Below the pieces are notes generated by a model. The model saw nothing but the letters and a program-made list of their open reading frames with translations, searched no databases and was not told the DNA's origin. Both the position numbers and the translations under genes were made by a program. Below, piece by piece: positions 52,032 to 64,000 of a stretch of 64,000 nt of DNA. How positions within the stretch are numbered: position 1 is the stretch's first letter; each line of letters begins with the position of its first letter. The DNA lies in NCBI GenBank assembly GCA_030390025.1, contig CM059442.1:11408001-11472000 (forward strand), given 5' to 3'. The stretch is from Squalus acanthias (taxonomy: Eukaryota).

Positions 52032-53172
52032 GTAAATCCCAGTCGGGTCAAAGATTCAAAAACAAGCCAGCTCAAAACCAGACAAATAATTAAATAATCT
52101 TGTTGGGAAAGCTGTCGACACGCTGCCTATTAATTTCACAAAGTTAGCATTGCATTAATTTCAAATGCTAACATTTTCAGAGCATTGCTCAGGCTTTCAG
52201 TGTCACGAAGTCTAAGTAGAAAAGAGCAGATACTGATTCCAGTGGGACTTGTCCGTCATATCTTCCTCCAGATTCCTTCATTCTTTAATGGCTGTCTCAA
52301 TCATTATCAACTGTGTGTGCCTGTTTTGTCGTTTTCTTTGGCTGTCTCTTTCTCTCTCTCTCTCTTCCCCTCAGCTCCCCCGTGACAGCTTGTGTCTATT
52401 CAGTTGTTGTGTGTCTGTATTTTTCCACCTTTTTCTTCCGTCTCCCCCATCTTAATAATGACTTTACAATTCAAAATGTCAAAAAAATCAACTTCCCCAA
52501 ACCTTGGACACTTGCACCCAAAATAGTAAGGAAAAGATATCTGTGTATCGCAGTCGATATTTTTGTGTTTTCTTTCACATCTTAAGAATTATGAACTTGT
52601 GCATGAATGAGAGGCGGGTTTTTCTTAAGACGTTACTTGATGTTTTGAGACGTGCTGTTACACACACACCAGTAATTCCAGTGAAGGGAGGAGAATGCAG
52701 CAGTCTGTGTTTTGTGTGTGGAAGCTATTTTCTAGAATGCACAGTCAAAAATTGTTGAACTCAGTTGCTTTCATCTCATGAGGAAGACCTTTTGTAACTG
52801 ATTTGTGACCAAGATTCAGTTATGTGGGATTCCTGGACAATGACCTCTCTGTGGTCACTATCAGACACGATCTCCTTCAGTTTCAGTCTCTTCAAACCCT
52901 TAACAAGCTCACACTAAACCATGTCTTACACTCTATCCCTACATCTTGAAGCTCACCTCTTAGCATATTAGCATATAATTGTTTAATGTCTCAGCAGTTA
53001 GCAATAAAACTGCATCTGGTGTTTAATGCCTCCATTAAAATACTGGACATGTGAAAGGTTTGTACACTTGCATTCAAAGAGCTTAATTACAAGGCACCAG
53101 AGTTGAATTCACATATTTTCCTTTACCCCCAACTCACATGGAGGCACATTCTTCCCCTAATACAAGAACAAT

Positions 53173-53916
53173 GGGCCGAAAATTGATCCCGGGACGCGAG
53201 AGTACGCACTGCATACTCTCGCGTATTCCCACTCCAATTGCCGGTTTTCTGCATGCCCTGCGCATGCGCTGAAAACCGGCAATTGCTCTTCCGAAAAGGG
53301 GGCGGGTCCTGGGTGCATCGCGTGTGCGCTACAGGCTGCGCGCACGCTGTGCACTTCATGCTTTGGACGCGCAGGTAAGTACTGAAGATTTTGGAAATGT
53401 AAAAAGGAGGAGTAAGACCCGCTTTTAAGAAGGTAAGTAGTGAATTAAGTATTTTTTTGAATTTTTTTTTACAGGTATATCTTTTTTATAGACTTTAAAG
53501 ACAGGTAAGTTTATTTTTATAACTTTTTAAAAGATTTTAAATTTTTTCAAAAATTTAATTTTTTATTTAAAATGGTTAATTTAATTAACTATACTTATTT
53601 TATTAATGTGATGGTTTTTTTTTTAAATTTAATTGAGGTTTAGCTGTTATTTTGGGGGGGTGTAAGATTCATAAGTCTCTCAGCCATGCTGTGAGACTTA
53701 TGAATGGAAGATGGTGTGCTGCCATTGGCTCTAACTGAGTCACGTGATCCCACAGCTCGCACGAATTAACTACGCCGCTGGGATACGCAAGCCCAGCACA
53801 GCTGATGTCTGGAACATCAATTTCGTGCGAGCTGGATCAGAAAAAGCATAAGCGAGGTGAGACATCGCGGGAAAGGCTTACCCCCGCGGGAACAGAGCGA
53901 GATCAATTTCTGGGCC
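53173..53916. mobile_element. ~745-bp MITE, possibly PIF/Harbinger-like
   Basis: TIRs atgggccgaaaattgatcccg and cgagatcaatttctgggccat (17/21 match). CpG-rich subterminal regions, a very AT-rich core and an internal hairpin ttcataagtctc/gagacttatgaa. Confidence 0.7.
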
Positions 53917-55450
53917 ATTGATATTACAAACCTGTGTAGGCAGATTTGCCTGTCCACCCAAAGTGTGCTGCTCCTGTGCAAGCTCAGGAGCGCTGATATT
54001 TCCTGTTCTGGGCTATTCAGATGGCCCAGGGGCACCACTGCCACAGAGCCTGGTGCTAGCAAAACGGACAGGAACTGCAACTCTCACTCAAGATCAGCTG
54101 CAAGAATGTCCCAATTAAATGTCAACATCTTGAGGGTGGGTGGGGTGGGGGGTTGGGAATTAACCGTACACAATTCCCGGTCTTTGTCTGCCCCAGGTAT
54201 CCCACAGACCTTCCATTCACCAAGCAGTCCAGGGGCAAGCCACAGTGCCAGATTTCACTGCCCATCCTTGCCCTTCAGTTTCATAGCTGCAGTTGTTCTG
54301 CGCCTTCTGAAGGCAGGGTCCCGTTCCATCCAATCAGGAAAGCCCTGGAAATTCCAGGGTAATGTAAAAGTGATGGACGCCCTTACTCCTGGGAAAATGG
54401 GCTTTCCCGAGGGCCAAGGGTCAGGGAAACCGGCATTCGAGAGTTGATTGTTGAAATATCGAAACACTTGGATCGTGATGCATAAAATCTTTTATATTCC
54501 TAACCAAACATTTTGATCCTAAATGTCCATCCAAAACGGGATTTCCTTCTTGCCGAGCTGCAAGTAAATAATGATCTTTGAACGTGGATCAAACCATGTG
54601 GCATTAGGAGAATGTTCTCAGTGCAGAGTACATTTTAAAGTGGGCCAGTTTTAGGCCCCCAAACCACTTCTGTAAAAATTGGTTAAATTTCTGGCATAGA
54701 TTGAGGGTTCACTGTTGGAGAAATAACATTTACATGAAACCCATTTGATTATTAGTTCAACATCTGATGGAAGTGTGGATTGGGTGTAATTCTAAGAGAT
54801 TCATTTCTGCTTCACATATATCCTGAAACATGTCTTGCTTTCATTCAAACATGCACTTGTATAATCTAGAAAAATAGCTTCCGATGTTTCTGCTTGTTAA
54901 CTCTAATGTCACCCAGTAATTTGCTCATCAATCCCAAACAATGTAAAATAAAGCAGAGGAAACCTTACTGATTAACACAGATGGTGTATATTGACCTTAA
55001 TGGTGGTGTGCAAAAGAACGTAGCAGCAATTAAGTGTCCTTCCATGCACCAACTGATTTAAAAATGCTTCTGTCTCAAAATGTGCAATGGCATAAAGTAT
55101 TAACTAGAGCATTGTAGGCAAATGCCAAATTATAGTTTTGTTTCGATCTATTGTGTGTAAAGTGTTATCCTGGTATAACATACTCTTCAACAGCATGTTT
55201 CAAAGTTACTTGGAGGAAATGTGTAGCTAATAATATGCAAGATAGTTATGGATGAGGAAGGCCATTCAGCCCATCTGAGCATATCCACCTGAATGACCCT
55301 ACAGTTCTTTTATATCCAGCTGTTCCCTTAATGATTCCAGACGTTTCGCCTTCACTATCCTACCTGGAAGTCCATTCTTTGTATAGATCACTCTGTGAAG
55401 AGCTTCCTGAAATATGTCCTAAAATTGACTTTTGCATCTTTGAACCTGTG

Positions 55451-57458
55451 TCAGTATCATTTGAAGTAAGATCCAAGGAGAGGACATATAAATTGGCCAG
55501 AAAAAGCAGCAAACCTAGGATTGGGAGCAGTTTAGGATTCAGCAAAGGAGGACAAAGGGATTAATTAAGAGGGGGAAAATAGAATATGAGTGTAAGCTTG
55601 CAGGGAACATAAAAACTGACTGTAAAAGCTTCTATAGATATGGGAAGAGAAAAAGATTGGTGAAGTCAAGCGTAGGTCCCTTGCAGTCAGAATCAGGGGA
55701 ATTTATAATGGGGAACAAAGAAATGGCAGACCAATTAAATACATACTTTGGTTCTGTCTTCACAAAGGAGGACACAAATAACCTCCCAGAGATGTCGGGG
55801 AACATAGGGTCTAATGAGAGGGAGGAATTGAATTAAATCAGTATTTGTAGGGAAATGGTGTTAGGGAAATTGATGGGATTTAAGGCCAATAAATCCCCAG
55901 GGCCTGATAATCTACATCCTAGGGTACTTAAGAAAGTGGCCCTAGAAATAGTAGATGCATTGCTGGTCATCTTCCAAAATTCTATAGACTCTGGAACAGT
56001 TCCCATGGATTGGAGGGTAGCTAATGTAACCCCACTATTTAAAAAAGGTGGTAGAGAGAAAACGGGGAATTATAAGCCTGACGTCGGTAGTGGGGAAAAT
56101 GCTAGAGTCCATTATAAAAGATGTAATAGCAGAGCACTTGTAAAACAGTGACAGGATCGGACAAAGTCAACATGGATTTACAAAAGGTAAATCATGCTTG
56201 ACTAATCTACTGGAATTTTTTGAGGATGTAACTGGTAGAATAGATAAGGGAGAACCAGTGGATGTGGTGTATTTGGACTTTCAGAACGCTTTTGATAAGG
56301 TCTCGCATAAGAGATTGGTGTGCAAAGTTAAAGCACATGGGATTGGGGGTAAGGTACTGACTTGGATAGAGAACTGGTTGGCAGACAGGAAGCAAAGAGT
56401 TGGAATAAACTGGTCTTTTTCCAAGTGGCAGGCAGTGACTAGTGGGGTACCGCAGGGATCGGTGCTAAGACCCCAGCTATTCACAATATATATTAATGAT
56501 CTAGACGAGGGAACTAGATGTAATATCTCCAAGTTTGCAGACGACACAAAGCTGGGTGGGCATGTGTGCTGTGAGGAGGATGCAGAGAAACTCCAGTATG
56601 ATTTGGACAGGTTGGGTGATTGGGCAGATGCATGGCAGATGCAGTATAATGTGGATAAATGCGAGGTTATCCACTTTGGTGGCAAAAACAGGAAGACAGA
56701 TTATTATCTGAACGGCAATAGATTGGGAAAAGGGGAAGTGCAACGAGACCTGGGTGTCCTTGTGCACCAGTCGCTGAAGGTAAGCATGCAGGTGCAGCAG
56801 GCGGTTTAGAAGGCAAATGGTATGTTGGCCTTCATAGCGAGAGGATTTGAGTACAGGAGCAATGATGTCTTGCTGCAGTTGTACAGGGCCTTGGTGAGAC
56901 CACACCTTGAGTATTGTGTGCAGTTTTGGTCGCCTTATCTGAGAAAGGATGTTCTTGCCATGGAGGGAGTGCAGCGAAAATTCACCAGACTGATACCTGG
57001 GATGGCAGGAATGACGTATGGAGAGAGATTGGGTCGATTGGGCTTATATTCACTAGAGTTTAAAAGAATGAGAGGGGATCTCATTGAAACTTATAAAATT
57101 CTAACAGGACTAGACAGACTAGATGCAGGAAGGATGTTCCCGATGGCGGGGGGAGTCCAGAACCAGAGGTCACAGTCTAAGGATAAGGGGTAAGCCATTT
57201 AGGACTGAGATGAGGAGGAATTTCTTCACCCAGAGAGTGGCGAACCTGTGGAATTCTCTGCCACAGAAGGCAGTTGAGGCCAATTCATTAAATATATTCA
57301 AGAAGGAGTTAGATATATTTCTTAAGGCTAAAGGGACCAAGGGATATGGGGAGAAAGCAGGGACAGGGTACTGAATTTGGATGATCAGCCATGATCGCAT
57401 TGAATGGCGGAGCAGGCTCGAGGGGCCGAATGGCCTACTCCTGCTCCTATCTTCTATG
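55451..57458 (+). mobile_element. CR1 LINE, 5'-truncated (~2 kb), ORF2 with stops and frameshifts
   Basis: Encodes KSPGPDNLHPRVLK, WRVANVTPLFKKG, YLDFQNAFDKV, GVPQGSVL, SKFADDTKL and LYRALVRPHLEYC, with an intact 3' stem and tail. Confidence 0.95.
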
Positions 57459-57624
57459 TTAATTCTGAATTTAACTTTTCTATACCATTTACTATCTTGC
57501 ATACTTTACTGACCTATATTAGTCTGACCCTGAGATTAGTTGTAATTAATGAATTGGACCTGGCATTTGCAAGTGGTGAACTCCATTTAAACATTTATAC
57601 CTAATTTATGCAAAATATTATTGA

Positions 57625-58018
57625 GAATCATAGAATGATACAGCACAGTAGGAGGCCATTCGGCCTGTTGTGCCTGTGCTGGCTCTTCGAAAGAGCTATC
57701 CAATTAGTCCCATTCCCTTGCTTGTTCCCCATAGCACTGCAATGTTTTCTCCTTTTAAATATTTATCCAATTCTTTTTTGAACGTTACTATTGAATCTGC
57801 TTCCACCGCCCTTTCAGGCAGCGCATTCTAGATCGTCAAAACTCGTTAGGTAAATTCTTTTTTCCTCATGTCACCTTTGGTTCTTTTGCCAATTAACTTA
57901 AATCTGTGTCCTCTGGTTACCGACCCTTCTGCCACTGGAAACAGTTTCTCCTTATTTACTCTCTCAAAACTCATGATTTTGAACTCCCCCATCAAGTTTT
58001 CCCTTAACCTCTCTGCTG
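57625..58018 (-). mobile_element. CR1 LINE 3' fragment
   Basis: gaatcatagaatg tail and ggaggccattcggcc stem. Similar to 10765-11290. Confidence 0.85.
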
Positions 58019-58724
58019 TAATTTACATTTTTTTTCTTGAAGTTCTGAATATTTCAGTTTGTTCTTAAAATTGTTACACTATTGGTTATCATGTAATTGA
58101 TCAGAAATTCCTAACTTAATGCAGCTGCTGAAAGTGTTCACGTTCGACAGAGGGGAACGGGTGAGTGGACCAGGCTTTCCGAACCTGGTTGCCCTCGGAG
58201 GGGAGGTTCGGACTCCGCGGAGGAGTGAGGTTAAGTGAAAGAGCTACACCTCACTTTCCTATGTTACGTGGCTTTGGCCCAACAAGGTTGCAACAAATAG
58301 TGTGTGATCGCACTTGGAGGGAAGATTCAGGCTGGGCAGGGCAGAGAGGTTGAGCGAATCAAAAATTTGCTGTACAGGAAGAAAACAAACTTGCAGAGAA
58401 GAATGCAAGCAGATTAACACATTTATATTAAGCCTAAAAAAGAAAATGATTTTTATTTAAATGGTACGTAGGTTTGAGAAAGGGATGTATCAGAAAAACT
58501 AAAATTTTAAAACTCGAATGGGCTATAGGGAGCTGATCAGTTGTGGTTGGCATAGGTCAATCAGTAAGACTGTGGGGAACTCTACCATATCACAATATTC
58601 CATTCACATGGGCCTACAACCTTTGGTGATATAAATCATTACAGTTTGGTACGTTTATAGTTTGGGGGATTCTATAAGAAGTCAGACTGGCAGCAGTTTC
58701 ATGCTTCTTGTAATTGTTCGATAG

Positions 58725-58881
58725 GCTCTTGGAATATATGAAGACTTGATGCCAAAAGTGATTGCAGCATTGGATGAAGATTCCAAAATGACTCGATTAC
58801 TGGCTTGTCGGGCTCTCGGTGCCATTTTGAAAGTTTGTGGGAATCAGCTGGATCCTGACAAGCTGAATAAATTGTACCCAG
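58725..58881 (+). CDS. DNAAF5: DNAAF5 coding exon (probably exon 11), 157 nt
   Basis: Manual translation gives ALGIYEDLMPKVIAALDEDSKMTRLLACRALGAILKVCGNQLDPDKLNKLYP. Acceptor ttgttcgatAG, donor GTaacg, phase 0/1. Confidence 0.94.
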
Positions 58882-59292
58882 GTAACGTATACACCAGGAT
58901 AAACACTTTTATTTAAGATGCAGTAATACCATTGATATAGGTGTGCTATTCCCCTGTAACTTACATTAATACTTGCATTTGCAGATATTCCATTAATCCT
59001 TTTCTTGGAGAAGTTTCTGTTTCAATGTTTGCAATCTCTTTGCCCACTAGAACTACCTGTGGAAAAGAGAAGTTAATTCGGAATGTTGGAGGTGGAATTA
59101 CTTTCTGGCATTTGTTGAATTCAGAGAACCTTTTTTTTTTGGGCATGAGTTTTGGTTGCCCTAAAAGTCAGGTCCTTGGATATTGCTGCTGAAGGTCTTA
59201 AAACTAATCAAACAGAATATTTATTTTAATTATTATTGCAGATTATGCCACTGTAACATCACTGATAATTGTTTCCTTTTTCTTTAAATTAG

Positions 59293-59484
59293 AACTTCTA
59301 AAACGCTTGGATGATGGTTTGGATGAAGTGCGTATCGTGGCTGCCAAAGCTTTGGGTGTTTGGTTCCAGTGCGTTGGGAATGATTATGACCAAATCCTGT
59401 TCAAGAGCCACATTGAGTTTCTGTATCGCGGGCTATTGGTTCATCTGGATGATCCAGAGAGAGACATCCAAAAATTAATTCTCG
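59293..59484 (+). CDS. DNAAF5: DNAAF5 coding exon (probably exon 12), 192 nt
   Basis: Encodes (E)LLKRLDDGLDEVRIVAAKALGVWFQCVGNDYDQILFKSHIEFLYRGLLVHLDDPERDIQKLIL. Acceptor ttctttaaattAG, donor GTaaga. No terminal exon was found downstream in the window. Confidence 0.95.
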
Positions 59485-60072
59485 GTAAGAGCTACTAATA
59501 CATTTCCTTGACTTTTTTAATTTTCATTCTTTGCCGATGTATTTGTTACTATGCAGTGCATAAATAATTTCAACTGCATAGACAACTGAGGCTACGGTAA
59601 TCTCAAAGGAGCAGTCGATCTCACCAATAAGAATTATACCCAATCCTATGGAAGTGTTTATGCCTTATTTAGTGTTGATTTATAGTCTAATGTGTGCTTC
59701 TGAAGAGCACTTCCAAACTGTCCCTTCTTGCTCACCATGACTTCCAAAGACACTGATACAAAATCCCATCCGAAACGTGAGAATAATGGGACACTGATGT
59801 TGCATTGCGAGCTTCAATGAGAGAGAAAAAAATCCCAGAGAAAAGATGAAGGAGCGCGGAGAACAAAAGAAAAACTTCTGAAAGATTGTTAGATCAAAGC
59901 CCTTTTAAAACAAAAGATGATGGGAGAAAGGATCAAAGACGTTCTAATGATCCAGAAAGGCATTCTCTTACCACGAAGAGCCAGGCTTTTCAGTGGACTC
60001 AAAAGAAATGGCACTATTTACATATCTGTTCTTGCACCTTAACAGAGAGGCTGGTCTGGCCAGGGACCTTTG

Positions 60073-60374
60073 GAACCCTACATGACTGGGGTACCAGAAA
60101 CCCCTCATTTACCACCTCCCCCCCACCTTACTGTACAGCCACAGCCAGGCCCAACCAAAAATCTGCGAGACAGACTGATGAGTGGGATTGCGTGTTGGTA
60201 ATAACGAGAGAGGGGTAGAACGAACGAAGATAAACGCAGAGCGAAGACATGTCGGGCAAGAACCTCTGGATAATGGAACGTATCCATTAGACTGAAGCCT
60301 GGCTGTGGCTGTACAGTGGGGAGGGGCAAACTGATTAAACGAGGGGTTTGAGGTACCCCAGTCATCTAGGGTTC
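60073..60374. repeat. ~300-bp inverted-repeat element with ~78-bp arms
   Basis: gaaccctacatgactggggtacc pairs with ggtaccccagtcatctagggttc (1 mismatch). actgtacagccacagccaggc (60130-60150) pairs perfectly with 60297-60317. Confidence 0.85.
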
Positions 60375-61554
60375 ATCCATTTCTCTTTTTTTGTTTTTCC
60401 TTGTCTGCTGCACCTTTCGGGTTGGGGACAGCGATGCATTGTTCTCCAGACTTTCTGAGCATTTTGTCAGTGTCGTTAGTAAAAAGTTTATCACTTGGGA
60501 GGTTGAAGCGAGCCTATAAATAAATAAATGATTGCGCTTAAATACTACATTAGGGCTGTGTAGCATCAACCTCTTGTGTGCTATTCCTTCTTAATTTTGC
60601 TGGTTGTAATGTCAGTCCAGAATAAGAGACACCAGCATTATGTGTTAAGGTTCATGCTTCCTTGCTGCATTTGTGTGGATAATGTTCAATTTTAGTTGTG
60701 TTTAATAATCAACGCTTGAAGTTAATGTGCAATATTTTTAAACCAAGTTGGCAATGCAAACCAAACTAAGCTTTGGAAAACACAGCTCTAGTGCCAATTA
60801 ATACCTGTTCACAGCATAAACTGGGCTGTTACAAAGAACCTGTTTTGAGTACCTCTGCTCTGGTGCGCCAGAGCTTACATGCTGAATTTAGACTCTTACA
60901 GTGGTTCTATCTACATAATGTCACAGAAGAAAGGTACGTGTTCATGAATACATAAACCAGATTCAGCTCAGACTGAGGAGATTACTTTCATTTTGTTTCT
61001 TTTGAGAATGGACATGTTGGGAACTGTTGTGTCCGTAAACTGAACTGTCACCCTCGTCATTTCATGCCTATTTTATCTGATTCTTCTAACCCTGTGAGTG
61101 ACTTCCTGCCCCTAGGAAGTACTTGGGTTTAGCTCTCTCAACAGCAGTTTAATCCCTTGTCAAGCTGTAAAGGTTCAGTAGGTATTTGGTAACCATTTCT
61201 TTTTACATTGAAGATCCTGTACGGTTTCAGATTTTCTCTTCAGTGCTGATGCCCGAACGTGGAGTTTATTTCAGGACATTTCATGCTATATTAGTTAGCT
61301 TTTGTTGCAGCTGATGAAAGTCCAAAATAAGGGACAAAAACGAGCTCCCATAATGCAGAACACCAAAGACAGGACAATGAATCATCGACCATAGAGTCAC
61401 TGTGAATTGTACCCCAATATATGTTGCTTTGTCGCTTTGAGAAGGCACAGAGTGCGCGCCGGGTATTTCCTCATTGTGGGGTGGGGGAGGACCTATTGTG
61501 CTCACACCATGGTGGCTATCAAAGCACAGCAGTAATAGCGTCTCGGGAGCAGTG

Positions 61555-62449
61555 TGACCGTCTAAACCCAGACTGACCGTATAAACCCGGGCTGACCGTC
61601 TAAACCCCGGGCTGACAGTCTAAACCCCGGGCTGACCGTCTAAACCCAGACTGACCGTCTAAACCCCGGGCTGACCGTCTAAACCCCGGGCTGACCGTCT
61701 AAACCCAGACTGACCGTCTAAGCCCAGACTGACCGTCTAAACCCGGGCTGACCGTAAAAACCCCCACTGACCGTCTAAACCCGGACTGACCGTCTAAACC
61801 CCGACTGACCGTCTAAACCCGGGCTGACCGTCTAAACCCCGGGCTGACCGTCTAAACCCGGACTGACCGTCTAAACCCGGACTGACCGTCTAAACCCAGA
61901 CTGACCGTCTAAACCCGGGCTGACCGTAAAAACCCCCACTGACCGTCTAAACCCGGACTGACCGTCTAAACCCGGACTGACCGTCTAAACCCCGACTGAC
62001 CGTCTAAACCCGGACTGACCGTCTAAACCCGGGCTGACTGTAAAAACCCCGACTGACCGTCTAAACCCAGGCTGACCGTCTAAACCCCGACTGACCGTCT
62101 AAACCCCGACTGACCGTCTAAACCCGGGCTGACCGTCTAAACCCCGACTGACCGTCTAAACCCCGACTGACCGTCTAAACCCCGACTGACCGTCTAAACC
62201 CCGACTGACCGTCTAAACCCCGACTGACCGTCTAAACCCGGGCTGACCGTCTAAACCCCGACTGACCGTCTAAACCCGGGCTGACCGTCTAAACCCCGAC
62301 TGACCGTCTAAACCCGGACTGACCGTCTAAACCCGGGCTGACCGTCTAAACCCGGGCTGACCGTCTAAACCCGGGCTGACCGTCTAAACCCGGACTGACC
62401 GTCTAAACCCGGACTGACCGTCTAAACCCGGACTGACCGTCTAAACCCA
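61555..62449. repeat. Minisatellite A, 18-20-bp unit CTGACCGTCTAAACCC(C/G)G(G/A), roughly 48 copies
   Basis: Tandem array seen directly. Confidence 0.97.
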
Positions 62450-62880
62450 GGGAGCAGGGTGACCGGGTGCCCGGGGTGCAGGGTGCCCGGGGAGCAGGGT
62501 GCCTGGGGAGCAGGGTGCCTGGGGAGCAGCGTGATCGGGGAGCAGGGTGACCGGGGAGCAGGGTGACCGAGGAGCAGGGTGCCCGAGGAGCAGGGTGCCC
62601 GGGGAGCAGGGTGCCGGGAGCAGGGTGACCGGGGAGCAGGGTGACCGGGGAGCAGGGTGACCGGGGAGCAGGGTGACCGGGTGCCCGGGGAGCAGGGTGA
62701 CCGGGGAGCAGGGTGACCGGGGAGCAGGGTGACCGGGTGCAGGGTGACCGGGTGCCTGGGGAGCAGGGTGACCGGGTGCCCGGGGAGCAGGGTGCCCGGG
62801 GTGCAGGGTGACCGGGTGCCCGGGGAGCAGGGTGACCGGTTGCCCGGGGAGCAGGGTGACCGGGGAGCAGGGTGACCAGG
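62450..62880. repeat. Minisatellite B, G-rich 16-bp unit GGGGAGCAGGGTG(A/C)CC with 8-bp GGGTGCCC inserts
   Basis: Tandem array seen directly, abutting array A. Confidence 0.97.
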
Positions 62881-64000
62881 GTTGATTTCCTGCCTGTGTG
62901 CAGTTGGTTGATCTCCATTAGTCTGGCAGTAGTGGGTGCTGCAGTGCCCCTGAGCTAGGAAGGAAATTCGACCATGGTTCCTGCTCCCGCAGCCGTTGGT
63001 TGAATTGAGAGAGCTCAGCATTGATGACTCTCTTGAATGAAAAGCTTGCCAAACTTCGTGTCTAGACTTGTACATGAAAAACAGTCAGTTGGGTGAGGTG
63101 TCCGAGGGTGACTGAAACATAAAGTTGTTGGCGTCAGGAGAGGAAGGGGGAACATTAGTAACTTCTCGAGAAACTCGTATTCTGCCCTCTCTGTCACTCT
63201 GCTCGAGTGTTTGTAGATGTGTTTGTAGTCCTGGTGCCGTGCACAGCCACTCACTATAGCACTATCGCATAGAACGCACCTCTGGCCGAAACCTCGATGA
63301 AAAATGCTTTCATTGTAAATGTGCTAAATCTGGACATTGAATGCCTTTATATAAATATAATAGGTAAGTTGAGTTGCTGTATTGTGCTTGGTGATATTCA
63401 GCGGTCTATTCTTTCATACAGTGCTACTCTGGAGTCTTGGAACTCGAAATGAAAACTGATGCTTTGAAGCAACATTTCATAAAAAATCTTGTGCTTTCAC
63501 AATTGATATTTACACTTTGCTGAAACGTCTCCACATGAATACTTGTTCCAATAAAAATGTGAAAGATATGAATGAAGGTTTTTGAATATTTTTAATGCAG
63601 TATAGTTAGCTGTTACTTGGCTTTGCCAGGTTTCACTTAAGCAAACTGTAAAACACTGCCTTGGCCAAAGTGGCAGTAAGTGAACAGCAGCAGTATTGAC
63701 TGCAGTTTCTGCTGGTAACTTGGGTTTCTCTGCTGTTTTTTCTATTTAGCATTTTCATAACTCAATACACAGTGAATATGCCAAGTGTCTGCACTCTGAC
63801 ATCACTACATGCTTTACCAAATGCCTCTCTCTCTCGCTCTCTGAAATAGGCTTTGTGTCCTCGGATACATACGTTGCATTGTGTTACCCATGGGTGGCAC
63901 AATAAGAAGGCTGTGGCTATCTGACAGACAAATATATCATTATCACTTCATCTGAATTGTTCTGCTTCATTTGTTCATTATAAGTCTGCCATTTAAAACC

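Noticed and set aside
53857-54447. 196-aa plus-strand ORF
   Set aside because: It straddles the MITE terminus and decayed repeat sequence, has no recognisable domain, and has no supporting splice context.
55855-57374. Reverse transcriptase ORFs as an active LINE
   Set aside because: The element is 5'-truncated, has no endonuclease domain or ORF1, and carries stops and frameshifts. The same applies to 21496-23411.
60170-60260. CTGATGAG inside the foldback loop as a hammerhead core
   Set aside because: No stem II followed by a GAAA box could be found downstream.
61555-62449. CRISPR-like array or plant-type telomeric repeat (CTAAACCC)
   Set aside because: The units are directly tandem with no unique spacers and there are no cas genes. 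The motif is neither tandem TTTAGGG nor vertebrate TTAGGG.
62403-63075. Long Pro/His/Arg-rich minus-strand ORFs (171 and 217 aa)
   Set aside because: They are translations of minisatellite B, open only because the repeat unit lacks stop codons.
63850-63905. Possible DNAAF5 terminal exon after ctctctgaaatAG
   Set aside because: The phase-compatible translation (GFVSSDTYVALCYPWVAQ*) does not resemble the expected HEATR2 C-terminus. The true last exon is probably beyond the window.

Overview
Eukaryotic genomic DNA from a cartilaginous fish, most likely a shark. I infer this from the repeat families present: DeuSINE/SacSINE1-like and LF-SINE-like SINEs, abundant CR1 LINEs, and Neptune-type Penelope elements. 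The whole window lies inside one + strand gene, DNAAF5 (HEATR2, a HEAT-repeat dynein axonemal assembly factor). Nine internal coding exons (967-1085, 25143-25375, 29223-29435, 34017-34160, 40718-40886, 45880-46027, 51881-52031, 58725-58881, 59293-59484; 1526 nt) splice in frame through GT-AG introns. The 5' exons and the last exon are not visible. The introns hold decayed transposons. The most striking structure is a young Penelope-like insertion (27688-29067) with a ~460-bp near-perfect inverted repeat, a GIY-YIG fragment in the loop, a minimal hammerhead ribozyme in each arm, a 37-nt tail and a 14-bp TSD, ending ~155 nt before a DNAAF5 exon. Other notable items are a SINE-anchored ~320-bp intragenic duplication, a MITE carrying strong splice donors and a candidate 30-nt poison micro-exon, several foldback elements, and a two-part minisatellite. 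I found no evidence of a new protein-coding system. The interesting signals are RNA-structural or transposon-derived. Repeat family names come from recalled consensus sequences, not database searches.
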